The translations under genes and the position numbers were made by a program. Below, in pieces: positions 27,007 through 40,310 of a stretch of DNA of 64,000 nucleotides; position 1 is the first letter of the stretch, and the number at the start of each line of letters is the position of its first letter. This DNA is from Octopus sinensis (taxonomy: Eukaryota). Location of the stretch: assembly GCF_006345805.1 (NCBI RefSeq), contig NC_043003.1, positions 109,802,001 to 109,866,000 of the forward strand, written 5' to 3'. The notes under the pieces are model-generated. The model saw only the letters and a program-made list of their open reading frames with translations, had not been told where the DNA came from and searched no databases.

Positions 27007-27980
27007 AAAAGAAGTCATAGTACCTAACAACTATGAAGAAAAAGAAGAAAGAACAAAACCTGTAAAACAACTGAAATCCAAACTAGAACTGGAACGGCAA
27101 CTGATCATGATAAAACGATGGCAAGAAACGCCCCTTCATGGCAAATACTGGATTAAACTAAACAAAGAAGATATGGACAAAGCAAAATCCCAAGAATGGC
27201 TGAGAAGCGCAGGACTCAAAGCAGAGATCGATGAATTTTTAATTGAAGTACAAGACCAAAGCCTCCTCATCAGAAATTACCAAAAACATATAATGAAAAG
27301 AAGCATGACAAGTAACTGCAGAATATGGGGAGATGGACAAGAAACAATAAATCATATTGTCTCTGGTTACCAAGTCCTGCTAAGAAGGAGTATATTCAGC
27401 GGCACGACAGAGTTGGGATCTATATACACTGGAAGCTGTGCCAACACTATGGAATAAAAATAGAAAAAAGATGGTATAGGCACACGCTAGAAAATGTCAC
27501 AGATAATGAGAAAGCAACCATACTCTGGGATATGCCAATACACACAGATAGAGAAATTAAGGCCAATAGGCCGGAGATAGTTGTCAGAGATCACCAGGAA
27601 AAAAATTCTACTGGGTACATCAATAACAACACATCACAATGTATCTCTAAAAGAAACGGAGAAACTTTCAAAATACAAAGACCCGAAAATAGAGGTAACT
27701 CGAATGTGGAGCCTAAAAACAGAAACAATTCCCCTCATAGTAGGCGCATTAGGTATGATGAAAAAATATTCAGATAAATACATAACAAAAACACTAGGAC
27801 TAACAAGTATATATAACATACACAAAATAGCACTGCTAGGCACGGCGCACATCCTATGTTAAACACTTTCAATACAGTGCAAATAAGAGCATCACAACAA
27901 AGCACATCATATACCCACGGCACACAGAGCTGCGCTCGGTATTGCAGTGAAAGCACGTGATAAAAGTAAGACTAATGCAT
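27007..27980 (+). mobile_element. 5'-truncated R4/Dong-like LINE: CCHC knuckle, restriction-like endonuclease and 3' UTR (frameshifted)
   Basis: WLRSAGLKAE...QDQSL...CRIW...ETINHIVSG (degenerate CCHC), RHDRV...HWKLC, ILWDMPIHTDREIKANRPEIVV (PD..D/E-K RLE), EKLSKYKD, IVGALG, ALLGTAHIL. Confidence 0.92.
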
Positions 27981-28027
27981 TATATTAATAACAACAACAA
28001 CAATAACAACAACAACAACAATAATAA

Positions 28028-28305
28028 TACAAAGACCTGGAAATAGAGGCAACTCGAATATGGAATCTAAAAACAGAAATAATTCCTATCATTGTAGGCG
28101 CATTAGGTATGATAAAAAAATATTCAAGCAAATACATAACAAAAACACCAGGACTTACAAATATATATAACATACAGAAAATTGCGCTATTGGGCACTGC
28201 ACACATCCTACGGAAAACACTTTCAAGTAACTATAAGAGCATCACAGCAAACCACAGGACATACCCAAGGCACACAGAGCTGCGCTCGGTATAAAAATAC
28301 GACTA

Positions 28306-28309
<4 letters not shown>
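28028..28309 (+). mobile_element. Second, shorter 5'-truncated Dong-like 3' end
   Basis: YKDLEIEATRIWNLKTEIIPIIVGALG...ALLGTAHILRK plus the same 3' UTR, within (AAC/AAT)n. Confidence 0.9.
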
Positions 28310-28376
<67 letters not shown>

Positions 28377-28963
28377 TGCCTTGTTGCAGTACCAGAAAGT
28401 GGCTCTCGTGACATCTGGTCTTAACTGACTGGAAGTGTTATCATGTACATTGTTTTGTCTTGATATAAAAGATGGGCTAGAGCAAATATTCTGCTCAATA
28501 CCACAGATTTGATTGTCAGTTGTTTGTCCTTAACTTGCTGAGCATGTCCCTTAGTGGCTGACAATATGTGCATCTCCGGTCACGAGCAGAAGTAGTGGGG
28601 GGGGGGCATCATAGTCATGTGTTGAAAGGAATTCCTTGGGGTTTGGATAATTTACCTTTGGAGACAAGGGTGTTTCTTTCAACATCCTTAAAGAATCCTC
28701 ATTCCACTAAAATAAAACAACCCTTATGCCGCTGAAAATCTTTTGAATGGCATGAGCTACTCGACATGAAGGAAATTGTAATTGGGCCCCACCTGCAAGG
28801 TCATGTGCTGTTTATCTTGATATGAGATCACTATGTCACACATATATGGTTGTGATGCATGTGCCTAGCGTAGCCTTATCAGATTGGTAGTCATGATGAG
28901 TATACTAGACTTTGTATATTGGTACCCCTGTGTCACTTTGATGGCATGCAATGCTCTATCATC
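28377..28963 (+). mobile_element. Element A, copy 3
   Basis: Collinear with the other two copies and flanked by (AAT)n on both sides. Confidence 0.8.
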
Positions 28964-29012
<49 letters not shown>

Positions 29013-29026
29013 TTAGTAGTAATAAC

Positions 29027-29057
<31 letters not shown>

Positions 29058-29127
29058 TTGTTGATAATGATGAGAATAATAATAGTATCGATGAAGATGA
29101 TGCTGACAATAATGATGATGATGATGG

Positions 29128-29171
<44 letters not shown>

Positions 29172-29300
29172 TTGACAATGATGATGATGATGGTGACGAC
29201 GATGAAGACGATGACTATGGTGACGACTACGACTACAACGACGATGATGATGTTGATAATAATAATAATAATAATAATTATAATAATAATAATAATAATG
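28964..29300. repeat. (AAT)n/(GAT)n microsatellite array
   Basis: Direct observation. Confidence 0.95.
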
Positions 29301-29899
29301 ATAAACCTCCCTTTATCATTGGAACAAAGGCAACGGCTGAGGAAACTTTAGAGAGACAGGTTGTAAAATAAGTAAAAACACATAGTAAAAATAGAAAAGC
29401 ACAAAGACAGCTAAAGCAACGATAATAACAGCCACAACATGACAGTTTGACAAGACTGATACTTTCATTGGATGCCTGACAGAGAAACCAAACTATCGCA
29501 GAATGAAGAATGATATAATAACGTGAATGTCTTATAGGTGCAGAAATTAAGTTTTTAACAGAGATACGAATATTTACGCATTACTTTATACAATACAAAG
29601 GAAAAAGACAATCTTCGCTCTCTCAGGCCTTTCTCAAAACGCTGTTTTACAGTTTTTACACATTTTCCTGTGTTGCTTGTACTACATGAGACAACATGGT
29701 AGTTATATGTGTTCGCTGTAAATCTTAGAAACAACAGCCAATTATTTCTTTCAAATCACATCTCACCCTCTCTTAAGCATGGTCTCAGTGGACGGTATGA
29801 CCGTAGATACCCTGTATATTTTGTCCTTTTTAAAAAGGCAGGATGGTGTTGACTGGAATATGACTATAAGTTTGCTCTTTCAGCAGTGAGCCGAAGGAC

Positions 29900-29973
<74 letters not shown>

Positions 29974-31351
29974 ATAACAGTTAATACTTCAACGCACTTC
30001 GTAAAATCCTTTCAGTGAATGATGAAGATTTCGATGTTAACAGTAGCAGCGGAATATTCCTCAAATTACGCCCTAAATAATGGTTTCAAAGTCTGGCAGA
30101 AAGCAAAAAAATTCGAAGGAGAGGGTTCATCAATTAGATCGACCCCAAAGCTCAACCGATACTCCCATCTTTACGTTATGAGTGCAAATGCCACCGGGTT
30201 CGACTTGGTCTTTCATCTTCCTTGAGTCGATAAAATCATAGCACGACTCTTTTCTATTATGACATTTTGGAGTCGATTAGCCTTTTATAGGCTGCTCACG
30301 TTAATCTTTAATGATTGGTCGTTACACCTATCATGGTTGAGTCCTGTACTTTGAGTAGTCAAATATTGCGCGGGATGTAGATCTCGGATCCAATTACATT
30401 GTGGGTAATACTTTCTAAATAACTAACCTGAACCGTCACTGAGAGCCCACATCTCTCTCTATATAGCCTTAAAAAACCTCTATGATAGAGAGATGAGAGG
30501 ATTCCAGGAGGACGAATCATGATATTTTCCTGCTGTTATAACGAAGATATTGTAACCAACGACGGCCAGAGCTGAATTGTCCAAAGGATAGATGAACTAT
30601 ACAACCTCCAGAATCCGTGAAGTGTTTAATGGGTTCACTGTATAATTTAGCAGAGAAATAAAGTCTCGTTGTTATTTTGAAGCTTGTTTCTTGTATTATT
30701 TCTGGCAGTTAAAGCACGTCACGTTTATATAATGGTATGCAACATTTCCGGAGTGAACCAAGAGAGACTTTATAATCACGCAGCTAAAAGCTTAAATGCC
30801 TGTTGAGCACTGGGATCGATGTAATCCGATTATTCCTTCCCTGAAATAGCTGCCCTTGTCCCATAACTTGAAACTAATATGTATATGGGAATCGCTGTCA
30901 AGTTTGACGGCGCAAGTTCACCATTGAACTAATAAAATAATGCAGGGAAAGATTTTATTGTTTTAACCTCAGTAAAATGGTAAATCCACATTCATAAAAC
31001 ATTACCGCATATTTAGTTTCCTTCAGATCCAATCTTTCAAAGTATTTTCTCTAAAAAATTTAATTATTCTCACGTAGCAAGTCTATGTCAAATATAAGGA
31101 AAGCGTGTTATGTCGAGGTATATATCATATACTCTGTTTAGCTTAGTTCTTATAAAATGCCGTCATTTTTGACGGCACAGTTACACCGGTAACTTAATAT
31201 TGTACATTTCACCAGTCTAACAACAACAGCTACAACAATACAATCACATCACCAACAAAACGTAGCAGAAGCAAACAGCTACGACTTCGGGAACAATAAC
31301 AACATCAACCAGAACGACATAAGCAACAACAACAACACCAACAACAACAAG

Positions 31352-31391
<40 letters not shown>

Positions 31392-32299
31392 CCAGCAGTA
31401 ATAACCACAGTAACAAGAAGAAACCATACAGCAGCAGAAACAAGATGGAGAGTTTATACTAGAGCAACAAAACTCTGTCGCCTACAGGTTTCTGCTAAGT
31501 TCATATGTAACGTTAATGGTTTTATGGTCTCCAATGACTAGACAAGTTGTAGGAAACCGTTATTGAAATTGCACTGTTTTGCTGATTCTGCCGATCATAA
31601 TTGATGCATTCACTAGAACCTTCTTTGCCACACTCTGTCCACGTCTCTTGTGTCATTTATCCTACACTCTTACACTCTTTGCTTAGATTATTACTTAGTT
31701 TCCACGCCATTTCCCCCTACCTTCACCAAACTCTATCTTCCTCTTCTTTTTGCGCCAATTCTCCTCTCTCTCTCTCTTTCTCGCTCTCTCTTTTTCTCTT
31801 TCTCTTTCTCTGATTTGTTATTTCACTCGCACACTTTTCCACTATCGTCTCTTCTTCTTCTTCTTCTTCTCTTCTTCTTCTTCTTCTTCTTTTTCTTCTT
31901 CTACCTCTTCCTCTTCCCCTTCTTCTTCTTCTTCTTCTTCCTCTTCCTCTTCCTCTTCTTCTTCCTTCTTCTTCTTCTTCTTCTTCTTCTTCTTCATTTA
32001 CTGCCGCTAGTGTTACTAATGGTAAGATAAGACGGATGTGTATCAATGGATGAGGAAAACAGAAGAGAAAAATCGAAGGAACGAGAATGAGTGGAAGAGA
32101 GGGTAAGAAAGAGGGTGTAAGAATGAGAGAGAAAGTGAGTGATAATAAAGAGAATGTGAGAGAGGAAGACGAACCTGAGGGAGTGAAGCGTTGAAGTTTA
32201 AAGAAGATGAAAAGAAAAGGGTTTGGCTGCCATATAAAAGCTGAATGAACGACCGAAGTGGAGAGAGACAGAAAGTTACATACATTCATACAAGTGTGT

Positions 32300-32646
32300 G
32301 CGTGTTAAAGAGAGAAAGAGAGAGCGAAAAAGAGAGGGAAAGATATAAAGAGAGAGAGAAAGAGAGAGAAAGATAGAAAGAGAGAGAGAAAGAGAGAGAA
32401 AGATAGAAAGAGAGAGAGAAAGAGAGAGAGAGATCGGGAGAGAGGGGAAGAGAGAGAAAGAGAAAGTGAGAGAAAGAGAGGGAGACAGAGAGAGAAAAGA
32501 AAGAGAAGGAAAGAGGGAAAGAAAGAGAAAGAGAAAGAGGGAAAGAAAGAGAGAGGGAAAGAGAGATAAAAGAATTGAGAGAAAGGAGAGGTAGCGCGTG
32601 TGCTTGTGCGTGTGCATGTGTGAGAGAGAAAGAGAAAGAGAGAGAA

Positions 32647-32677
<31 letters not shown>

Positions 32678-32720
32678 AAGAGAGAGAGAATGAAAGAAAG
32701 AAAGAAAGAAAGAAATAGGG
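32300..32720. repeat. Polypurine (AG)n/(AAAG)n compound tract
   Basis: Direct observation; includes repeated agagagagaaagatagaaag units. Confidence 0.9.
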
Positions 32721-33486
32721 GAACCAAAAACTGAAAGGGAGAAAAAGTGAAGAGAAATTACAGATAAAGGATTTCAGGAGATAAGAGAAGAAGCAAAAAG
32801 CCAACTGCTCCTGTTTCGTTTCTAGTCACAGCACACGCATACAACTGCACACAACACGTTCTATGCATACACACGTGCAGAATTGATGAATCCTTGGCTA
32901 TCGTTCCTTAAATCTTTCCGATTCATTGTATGAAAAAGTAGAGACAGACAATAGCTTCTACAGTCGAGGACTACAGTATAGAGACAGTGTGTGATCTGTG
33001 TAATTGTTTCGCAGGTTATTTATGATGAACCGCCGATGAAATCAAGCCCAGTGACTGACTGATATTCATTAAAACCTGAACTTCCTGTAAGACACAACTG
33101 CACACTGCTGAAACGCACGATGTCATAAGAATCGTATTAGCTTTGTTTACATTCATCTTGTTGCAATTAAGGAACTCTAATGTAAGGAAGAAAATTCTAA
33201 TCCCATTCTTAATCATCCATTTCTGTCATGAAATAGAATCCTTATGGGGCTGAGTTTGTGACTGTTGAAGCGCTTTGTATATTCTGCCAGCTCACCACTT
33301 ATGAAATCTTCCATAATGAAATAATAGTTACATAGATAAGGAAGTCTATAAATTTATGGTACAAAGAAACAAATTTTTAAAACGAGGTATTTTCACGGGT
33401 TCTGCTAAGTTTTACTTCTTTTCACTTCTTTTTACTTCCAGGTGACTACTGGAATCCATCCAGTACTGGCTATCAAACGTTGGCAT

Positions 33487-33714
33487 GGGACAGACACAAA
33501 CGCAAAGATTCTTAGATATATACATGTATACATATATACATACGTGTATATATGAGGGATTCTTTCAGTTTCTCTCTGCGAAATACACTGTTAAAGCTTT
33601 GGGACAGACACAAACGCAAAGATTCTTAGATATATACATGTATACATATATACATACGTGTATATATGAGGGATTCTTTCAGTTTCTCTCTGCGAAATAC
33701 ACTCTTAAAGCTTT
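33487..33714. repeat. Near-perfect 114-bp tandem duplication
   Basis: gggacagacacaaacg...aaagcttt starts at 33487 and again at 33601. A minus-strand SINE family 1 head follows (33715-33800). Confidence 0.9.
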
Positions 33715-35867
33715 GGTCGGCACTTGCCCTAGGTGCCACACAGTGGACTGAACTCAAAGCCATTTAGTTGGGAAGCAAACTTCTTACCACACAGCCACAA
33801 ATTTTTCTTAATATTGAAATAGCTAGTTATTCAATAATTTTCGTGTCATATTCAGTGAAATGCATTGGAGTTGTTTACACCTTACTAGTCGAACCGCAAT
33901 TTCTTTCCCACATTCACAAGACAACAAGTAGTAATTAAATGTAATTAATGGGTAAAGCACTAAGTAAATATCGCATATATGGTTTCATTGTAAAGATGTT
34001 TGCTTCGTCAGAAAAGTGTTTCCTGGTGCCGTCCCACTGCGCAGCATCTTAAACAAGTTTATCCTATCTTTTGAGAAGAATTTGAGAGAAAATTATGCGG
34101 AAGTTTATAAGGCATGTGCGTGTCAGCATATGTGAATATTAATCAGCTGTAAACTCATGTAAATGATTCAAGAGGCCAAAGTTTCGTTCGTGCATTACAC
34201 TTTTCAAAATTATTTTTGAAAGAGGTACCATCTCTGTTAGGTCACTCTTGCCACTAGATCTAATTTTGCAGGTATCTTCTGCAACGTGGATCAGGTGGCG
34301 CGATAGTGATGTAGTAGAAAGGCACTGACTTAGAGGTAAGTGCAGTCTTCCTAGACCCAAAGAGTTGGTCAGTTGTTGTAGACGAGCAATAGCTAGGGAA
34401 ATATAATTTTCAGATTGGCAGCCATCTATGTTCTGAGAAGAGACAGACAATTTCATTTCGTTAGAAGTGATCTATGTCATTGCTGTGCCGTGAATGGTAT
34501 CATGCACATTTGCGATATTGAAATACCGATACAAGGTTCCTCGATCGTGAAGGCATCCGGTAGGTAAAGAGTAGGCGATGAAGCACGGAATGTGTGGCGG
34601 CTCGTTCAGCGGCGTCTCTATTGTGACATTTACAATGTAGGTGAGGGTCGAAAATATCCATACACAAGGACGATCAATATGACCATCCAATACTATGGAT
34701 AACAATAAGCAAACGATAGTGCGATTTGATGAAGATTTAACTAGTAAAAGGAAAGAAACTGAGCTTCTTTGTTGATGTTGTGAAGGTTTATTTCAGATCT
34801 GACGTGAAAGAACAACTATCAAAGGTATCCCCAATGTGACAATCTTGTCTATAACTTATGCGCACGGAACTCAAACGATCACATTAACCAGAAAATCGTT
34901 TTCTAATACACATACAATAAAGACTTCCGGAAACTTTGGTCCCGCACCCTTTTCGGATTACTCATCTTGGTCAATACCCTCTAAATTAATGAAATTTTAA
35001 ATTTACTTAAATAATTAAATGTAATACAGGTACCTGTACAGTAGTGTAAGTGACAAAATTAATACTGTACTGTGAAAGGTACTTGTTTGTGAAAGGTGCT
35101 AATAAAACAATCCGGCGGCCACAGGATATTGAAGTTCCAGCTCGTAAATTAGAGTGGATTGTAAGAAGTTCCGGATCATAAGTATCCGAAAAGTCGATGC
35201 TGTGCTTATACTATAAAAGATCAATTTAGAGAATTTAGTTGCGATATCTACTTAGTCAAGTAGCCATACAATCCCGTAATGATGTTAAAACAAGCGGTGT
35301 GTACTGGCATCTCATCAAAGATTGTGTCGTTTAGATTTCACTTAGAATCGCTAAGAATCAAAGGTGATGGGAAGAAGAAATTTAAATGCTGGAATCGAAA
35401 ACAAGACCAAATGGCAGGAATCTCTCGGTAGCTAACTTCGCAATTCGTAATTGTCCGCTGGAGAAAGGTTAATAGAAAACAGTATTTATAGCCTTGCAAT
35501 TATAACAGCAAATATTTTCATGTAGAGATTGTTTTTCATTTTTATTTTCTGAAGAAATGCTAACACATAGGTGCGCGCACGCTCACACACATACATAAAC
35601 GCATGCACACGAATAAAAACATACTCAAATATACGCATGTATGCAAAATATATAGCGGCATGCAAACACACACAAAAATTTTCCACACATTTAGATGTGC
35701 ATATGTATGAATGTATGTAAGCACGTATATGCACACGTATGTATATGCATATGTCTACATGTATCTATGTTTGTGAGTGTGCGTGTGAGTGTATATATCC
35801 AAATACACACTCATTCACACTTATACATACATATCTATCTATCTATCTATCTATCCTCCATTTCTCG

Positions 35868-35922
<55 letters not shown>

Positions 35923-35960
35923 TACAATCACATATGCAAAAACATATACGTATGTATGCA

Positions 35961-36001
<41 letters not shown>

Positions 36002-36346
36002 TATATAGTATATATATATTTATATATATATATATATAATATATATAATATATATATATATTATATATATATATATAATATATATATTTATATGTGTGGT
36101 ATGTATATGCACTCAAATACGCACACAGATTATACACAAATACCAAACACATAAACGCTTCAAAACCCGAAACGCAATAAAGATATCAACTTCTCCGTTA
36201 CAAACACACACACACACACACGCACACTTACACACACACTTACACAAACACCCTCAATCTACTCTCTGTCTCCGTCTGTCTGTCTGTCTGTCTGTCGGTC
36301 CGTCTCTGTCAGGCTGTCGGTCTGTCCGTCTGTGTCTCTGTCCCTG

Positions 36347-36383
<37 letters not shown>

Positions 36384-36820
36384 CTCTCTTGGCTTATAGC
36401 ATTATTAGCTAATATTTGAGCATTACAAATAGCAGAGTTTCTACTTGAAAATTTCATCTAAAATGAACGAAAACAGACGAAAAAATAAAACAAAATAGAA
36501 AAAATACTATAAAGGCAACAGAAATAACAACGAAAACATGAAAAATAAGCAATAAAGCTACGGTGGAATCAATCTAACCGAAAATACGATTCGTACTCAT
36601 TAATAAAAGTAATTATTTTTCCACAAATTTACCTCCAGTCTCCGTTAACTATTTAGCGATGTAAACAACTATAAGAAACCAACAAAAATAGCAACAACAT
36701 CAGTTAAAATCGCAACAATAACAACAAGAATATTAACAATATATAACAGTATATACAAGAGCTAGAATCAACACACACATATATCATATATATACACACA
36801 TCCATACACACTCCTATATA

Positions 36821-37207
36821 TCTCTCTCTATATAAACGGCAGTTTGTCTGTGCGTGTTTCTGTGTGTCTGTTTTCTCGTACCCTCACCCTGACCACGGCT
36901 TTCAACCGATTCTGATGAAACTTGACACACACATAGCCCAATGTCATAATTCAAAACTAACGCAGCGAAAATTTTGAAAAATTCCCCCAGTTCTGAAAAA
37001 AATCGATAAATTCGACATGGGGTCGAGAATAAAAAAAAACAAACCACAGACTGTCTAGGGGACGCAACTCAACCTTTTTTTACTCTCAAAAAAAAATTTA
37101 CCATCATTTTTTTTCCATTTTTTTGCTATTTTTTGGCTATAACTCTCTAAAAATGCTTTATAGTTATTTCCCTTACAAACCTGAGCAACGCCGGGCGATA
37201 CTGCTAG
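36821..37207 (+). mobile_element. Non-autonomous Helitron-like element
   Basis: Begins TC after A, has an internal ctgt-rich segment and a 3' GC hairpin (cctgagcaacgccggg), and ends CTAG before T. Confidence 0.7.
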
Positions 37208-37233
37208 TATGTATATATAATATACAATATATA

Positions 37234-37266
<33 letters not shown>

Positions 37267-37545
37267 ATATATACTTATAAAGTCGTGTTTTGTGGATTCA
37301 TCATTTTTTTTTTACCTATATAAAAAAGTGAGTAATTATCTTGGAGATTTTTATGGTAGTCGAATAGATATTAGCTTCTATTTCTAATTCAGTACGTGGT
37401 GAGGTACCTAGCTGACCTCTGATTATAATTTTGTATATAATTATAGAATATTTTGTATAATTCACCTAAAAAGGATTTTTTAACGTACTGACTACTTGGT
37501 AAAAATATTAACTATCAATTAATTAATTTTACCCCATATTATTAT

Positions 37546-37830
37546 ATCACGTGACCGACCAGTCCATCAGATGTAGTTACACATCGCTGGTCACAATGCG
37601 TTCGCATTGTTTTAGCCTTCGAATGACGCCACCCCGCTGACTAAGCGAGCAGGCCAACAGAAGAAAGAGTAGGAAAAAGAGTGGTGAAAGAGTACAGCAG
37701 GGATCACCACCCCCTGCCGGAGCCTCGTGGAGCTTTTAGATGTTTTCGCTCAGTAAACTCTCACAATGCCCGGTCTGGGAATCGAAACCGCGAGTCCGCT
37801 GCCCTAACCACTGGGCCATTGCGCCTCCAC
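37546..37830 (-). mobile_element. SINE family 2 head with alternative 3' tail
   Basis: Same head and body as 10426/23176 to ...ctctttcacc, then an unrelated tail ending ...ggtcggtcacgtgat. Confidence 0.85.
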
Positions 37831-39084
37831 ATATTATTACATATGTATATGTATATATATAGAGAGAGGGAGGGAGAGAGAGTGAGTGAGAAAATAATAA
37901 ATATGGAACAAAAAAGCATCTGTGTTGTAAAAGTAATAGCTTCTGATTTAGGCCCAGGCCAACAATTTCGATGTGAAGGGTTTTATTCGATTCTATCGAG
38001 CCCAGTACACATCTGGTATTCTATTTCACTGTATAGGACATGAACCCTATACATTTATATAATATCGTGAATTTTTTCCTCTCAGGTGGCTTGGATTTGC
38101 CGAGGCACGGTTCAGAACATTAATTTTCAAACTTATTTAGGAAGTTTCTGGCAATCTTCAACCCTTACAACGATAAAGAAATTTAACTTTGTGCTCGACG
38201 CTCGTTAATAAAACTTTTAGTAATTGATTTGCTAACCGCGATGTTGCCGTTATACAAGCTATTAATGTCAATGTTGTTATTTCTCTAAGTAGGGTTGTTT
38301 TATTTAATCCTCGTTTCTCTGCTCAGCTTGAAGAGAATTTTACTTAAAATAGCTGCCTCCAAAACCACTGTTGAATTTATATTTGAATGGAAACAGACAC
38401 CCCACGACTTATTCTATATTTTTCCTCTCACAGTTTCTGCAATTTATTGTATTTACTCTAGAACGTTAGCCTCAATCTGGGACAAAACATGTTACCAAGT
38501 TTTCGATTTTTCTTTTTGAAAAATGTTTCGTATCGTGAATTCTTATCCGAGAGAACAGAAACAAAATAAATTTATCGTTGTTCACGTTAATAACCGCAGT
38601 GATGGTGCTGTTTTCGTCGCTGTTGCAGTTGTTGACTAAATATCTTTTTGGCATAGTTAAAGAGTCTGTGTAGGCAATTTTTTATTTATTTCGAGTATAT
38701 TATTATTTTGCCTTTCAATTAAATTAGCAGTCTATCTTATTGTGTTTTATTTGTATTGGTTGTTACAAACTTAGTATGGTATGTTGGAGCCTCAAGTGAA
38801 ATATTTATGGTCAATTTTTGTCGGGTTTATGAGAGGAAAAATATAATTTACTTGCAAAATAAAACGCAAACCTCATTTTTTTCTTTCTCAACTCCTGTAA
38901 GAAGAAACATCCAACTGCACGAAGTTATGTCCACGTGAGTCTCTTTGGTAAAACTCTGTTTCCTCTAGAAAAATGATTTATTTCCGAGAGCGACTTGTAA
39001 AACATGTCTGGCGCATTAGTAGTAAACAAGAACAGCAGTAGCAGCAACAACAACAAAAACAACAACAATAATGATTCCATTTAT

Positions 39085-39450
39085 TTGCTACCAAGGCGAA
39101 GGATGAGGGGGCCAATACAAAGACAGACATAAAGTGTGGATGTTTACATAAATGAAATGATAGAAAAAACGTAAGTATACACGGTATACAATGAAAAAGA
39201 AGGAAGATATACATCGTATATAAAAGTCGAAAAGTTGGGGAGAGGGTGATAGAGATGTAGCCCACCTGATACAGGATAACCTCTAGGTATAATCGAGGAA
39301 CCCCACTGTCCGAGATTACCATGAACACCAAGAGCAAATGCTCTCTCCAAGTCCTTCTCTCCGACTCACAGGTCGACACATAGTGAGGTACCATCGACTC
39401 TTGCTTCTTACGTGAATCGGGAAGTTTAACAACACCCACTCATTGTTTCA
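39085..39450 (-). mobile_element. Probable LINE (Tx1/L1-like) 3' end remnant
   Basis: GC-richer block with ggggttcctcga...ttatcctgtatcaggtgggc ending near a (TTG)n tract. Clade assignment is from recall only. Confidence 0.35.
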
Positions 39451-39630
39451 TAGAAACTCACGTGTTACACTGGAGAAGCAAAGAACCACATCTTCGGGGT
39501 CGCTGAAATATAATGGTCTGATATGTGAACTATTTTTCTGTCTGTTTTATGCTATTTGAAAAGCAATCACATTTTCTTTTCCATCCATTCTTGGATTGAA
39601 TACACCTTGCGCATATTCTGTTCATCACTT

Positions 39631-39830
39631 GGCACAAGGCCTGAAACTTTTGGGGAGGGGTCAGTCGATTAAATCGACCCCAGTACGCAACTGGTACTTA
39701 ATTTGTTCACCCTGAAAGGAAGAAAGGGAAAGATGACCTCGACGGAATTTGAACTCAGAACGCAAAAACAGACGAAATACTGCTCAGCATTTCGCCCGGC
39801 GTGCTAACGTTTATGCCAGTTCGCCGCCTT
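39631..39830 (-). mobile_element. SINE family 3 (aggccttgtgcc-type tail)
   Basis: Head and central domain on the minus strand. Confidence 0.85.
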
Positions 39831-39949
39831 AAATCTTGCGTATATTGTACAAGGTTCTTATTAGAGCTTCGTCATTCGAATGAATGAATGAATGAATTTA
39901 AAATGGAGACTAGTTCAGTAGGGCTGAGGTTATTGACCTTATTGATCTC

Positions 39950-40310
39950 GTCCTGTTTTTCCCTGTATGAAGGCAGATTGTTTATGGCTTTGATAAGGCT
40001 ATCTGGAGCTTTAGCATGTAGAAGGGTCTCTAGCATCCACGAATGGAAAAGTTGAATGATTTCTTGTAATCCAAACAGAATGTGGCCATGTTCTTCCTAT
40101 GCCGTCAAACCTTTGTCGTGAATTCTTTTGTTGATCAATAGTTGTACAACACATACCCAAACTTCATTCTTTCCAGCTGTTTGATCAGCTATAAAGATAT
40201 TCTTGTTAGAAAGATCATGAAGGATCAAATTCAACCAGTCTGTATAGATTTCATACCTGAGATTCTGGTGCACAGCTGGTCGGTAATTTGGGGTCAAATG
40301 ACTGACAATG
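39950..40310 (-). mobile_element. Second R4/Dong/NeSL-like RT fragment (degraded)
   Basis: TPNYRPAVHQNLRYEIYT...DQTAGKNEVWVCVVQLLINK...CLDYKKSF resembles NYRPITCL...EQAGGKKGVWGC.EQLLINK...WLDY.KAFD. Confidence 0.75.

Noticed and set aside
28770-28860. 5S rRNA-like stretch on the minus strand of element A (ggtggggcccaattac; acaaccata)
   Set aside because: Similarity is patchy, spacing is not collinear and there is no convincing C box.
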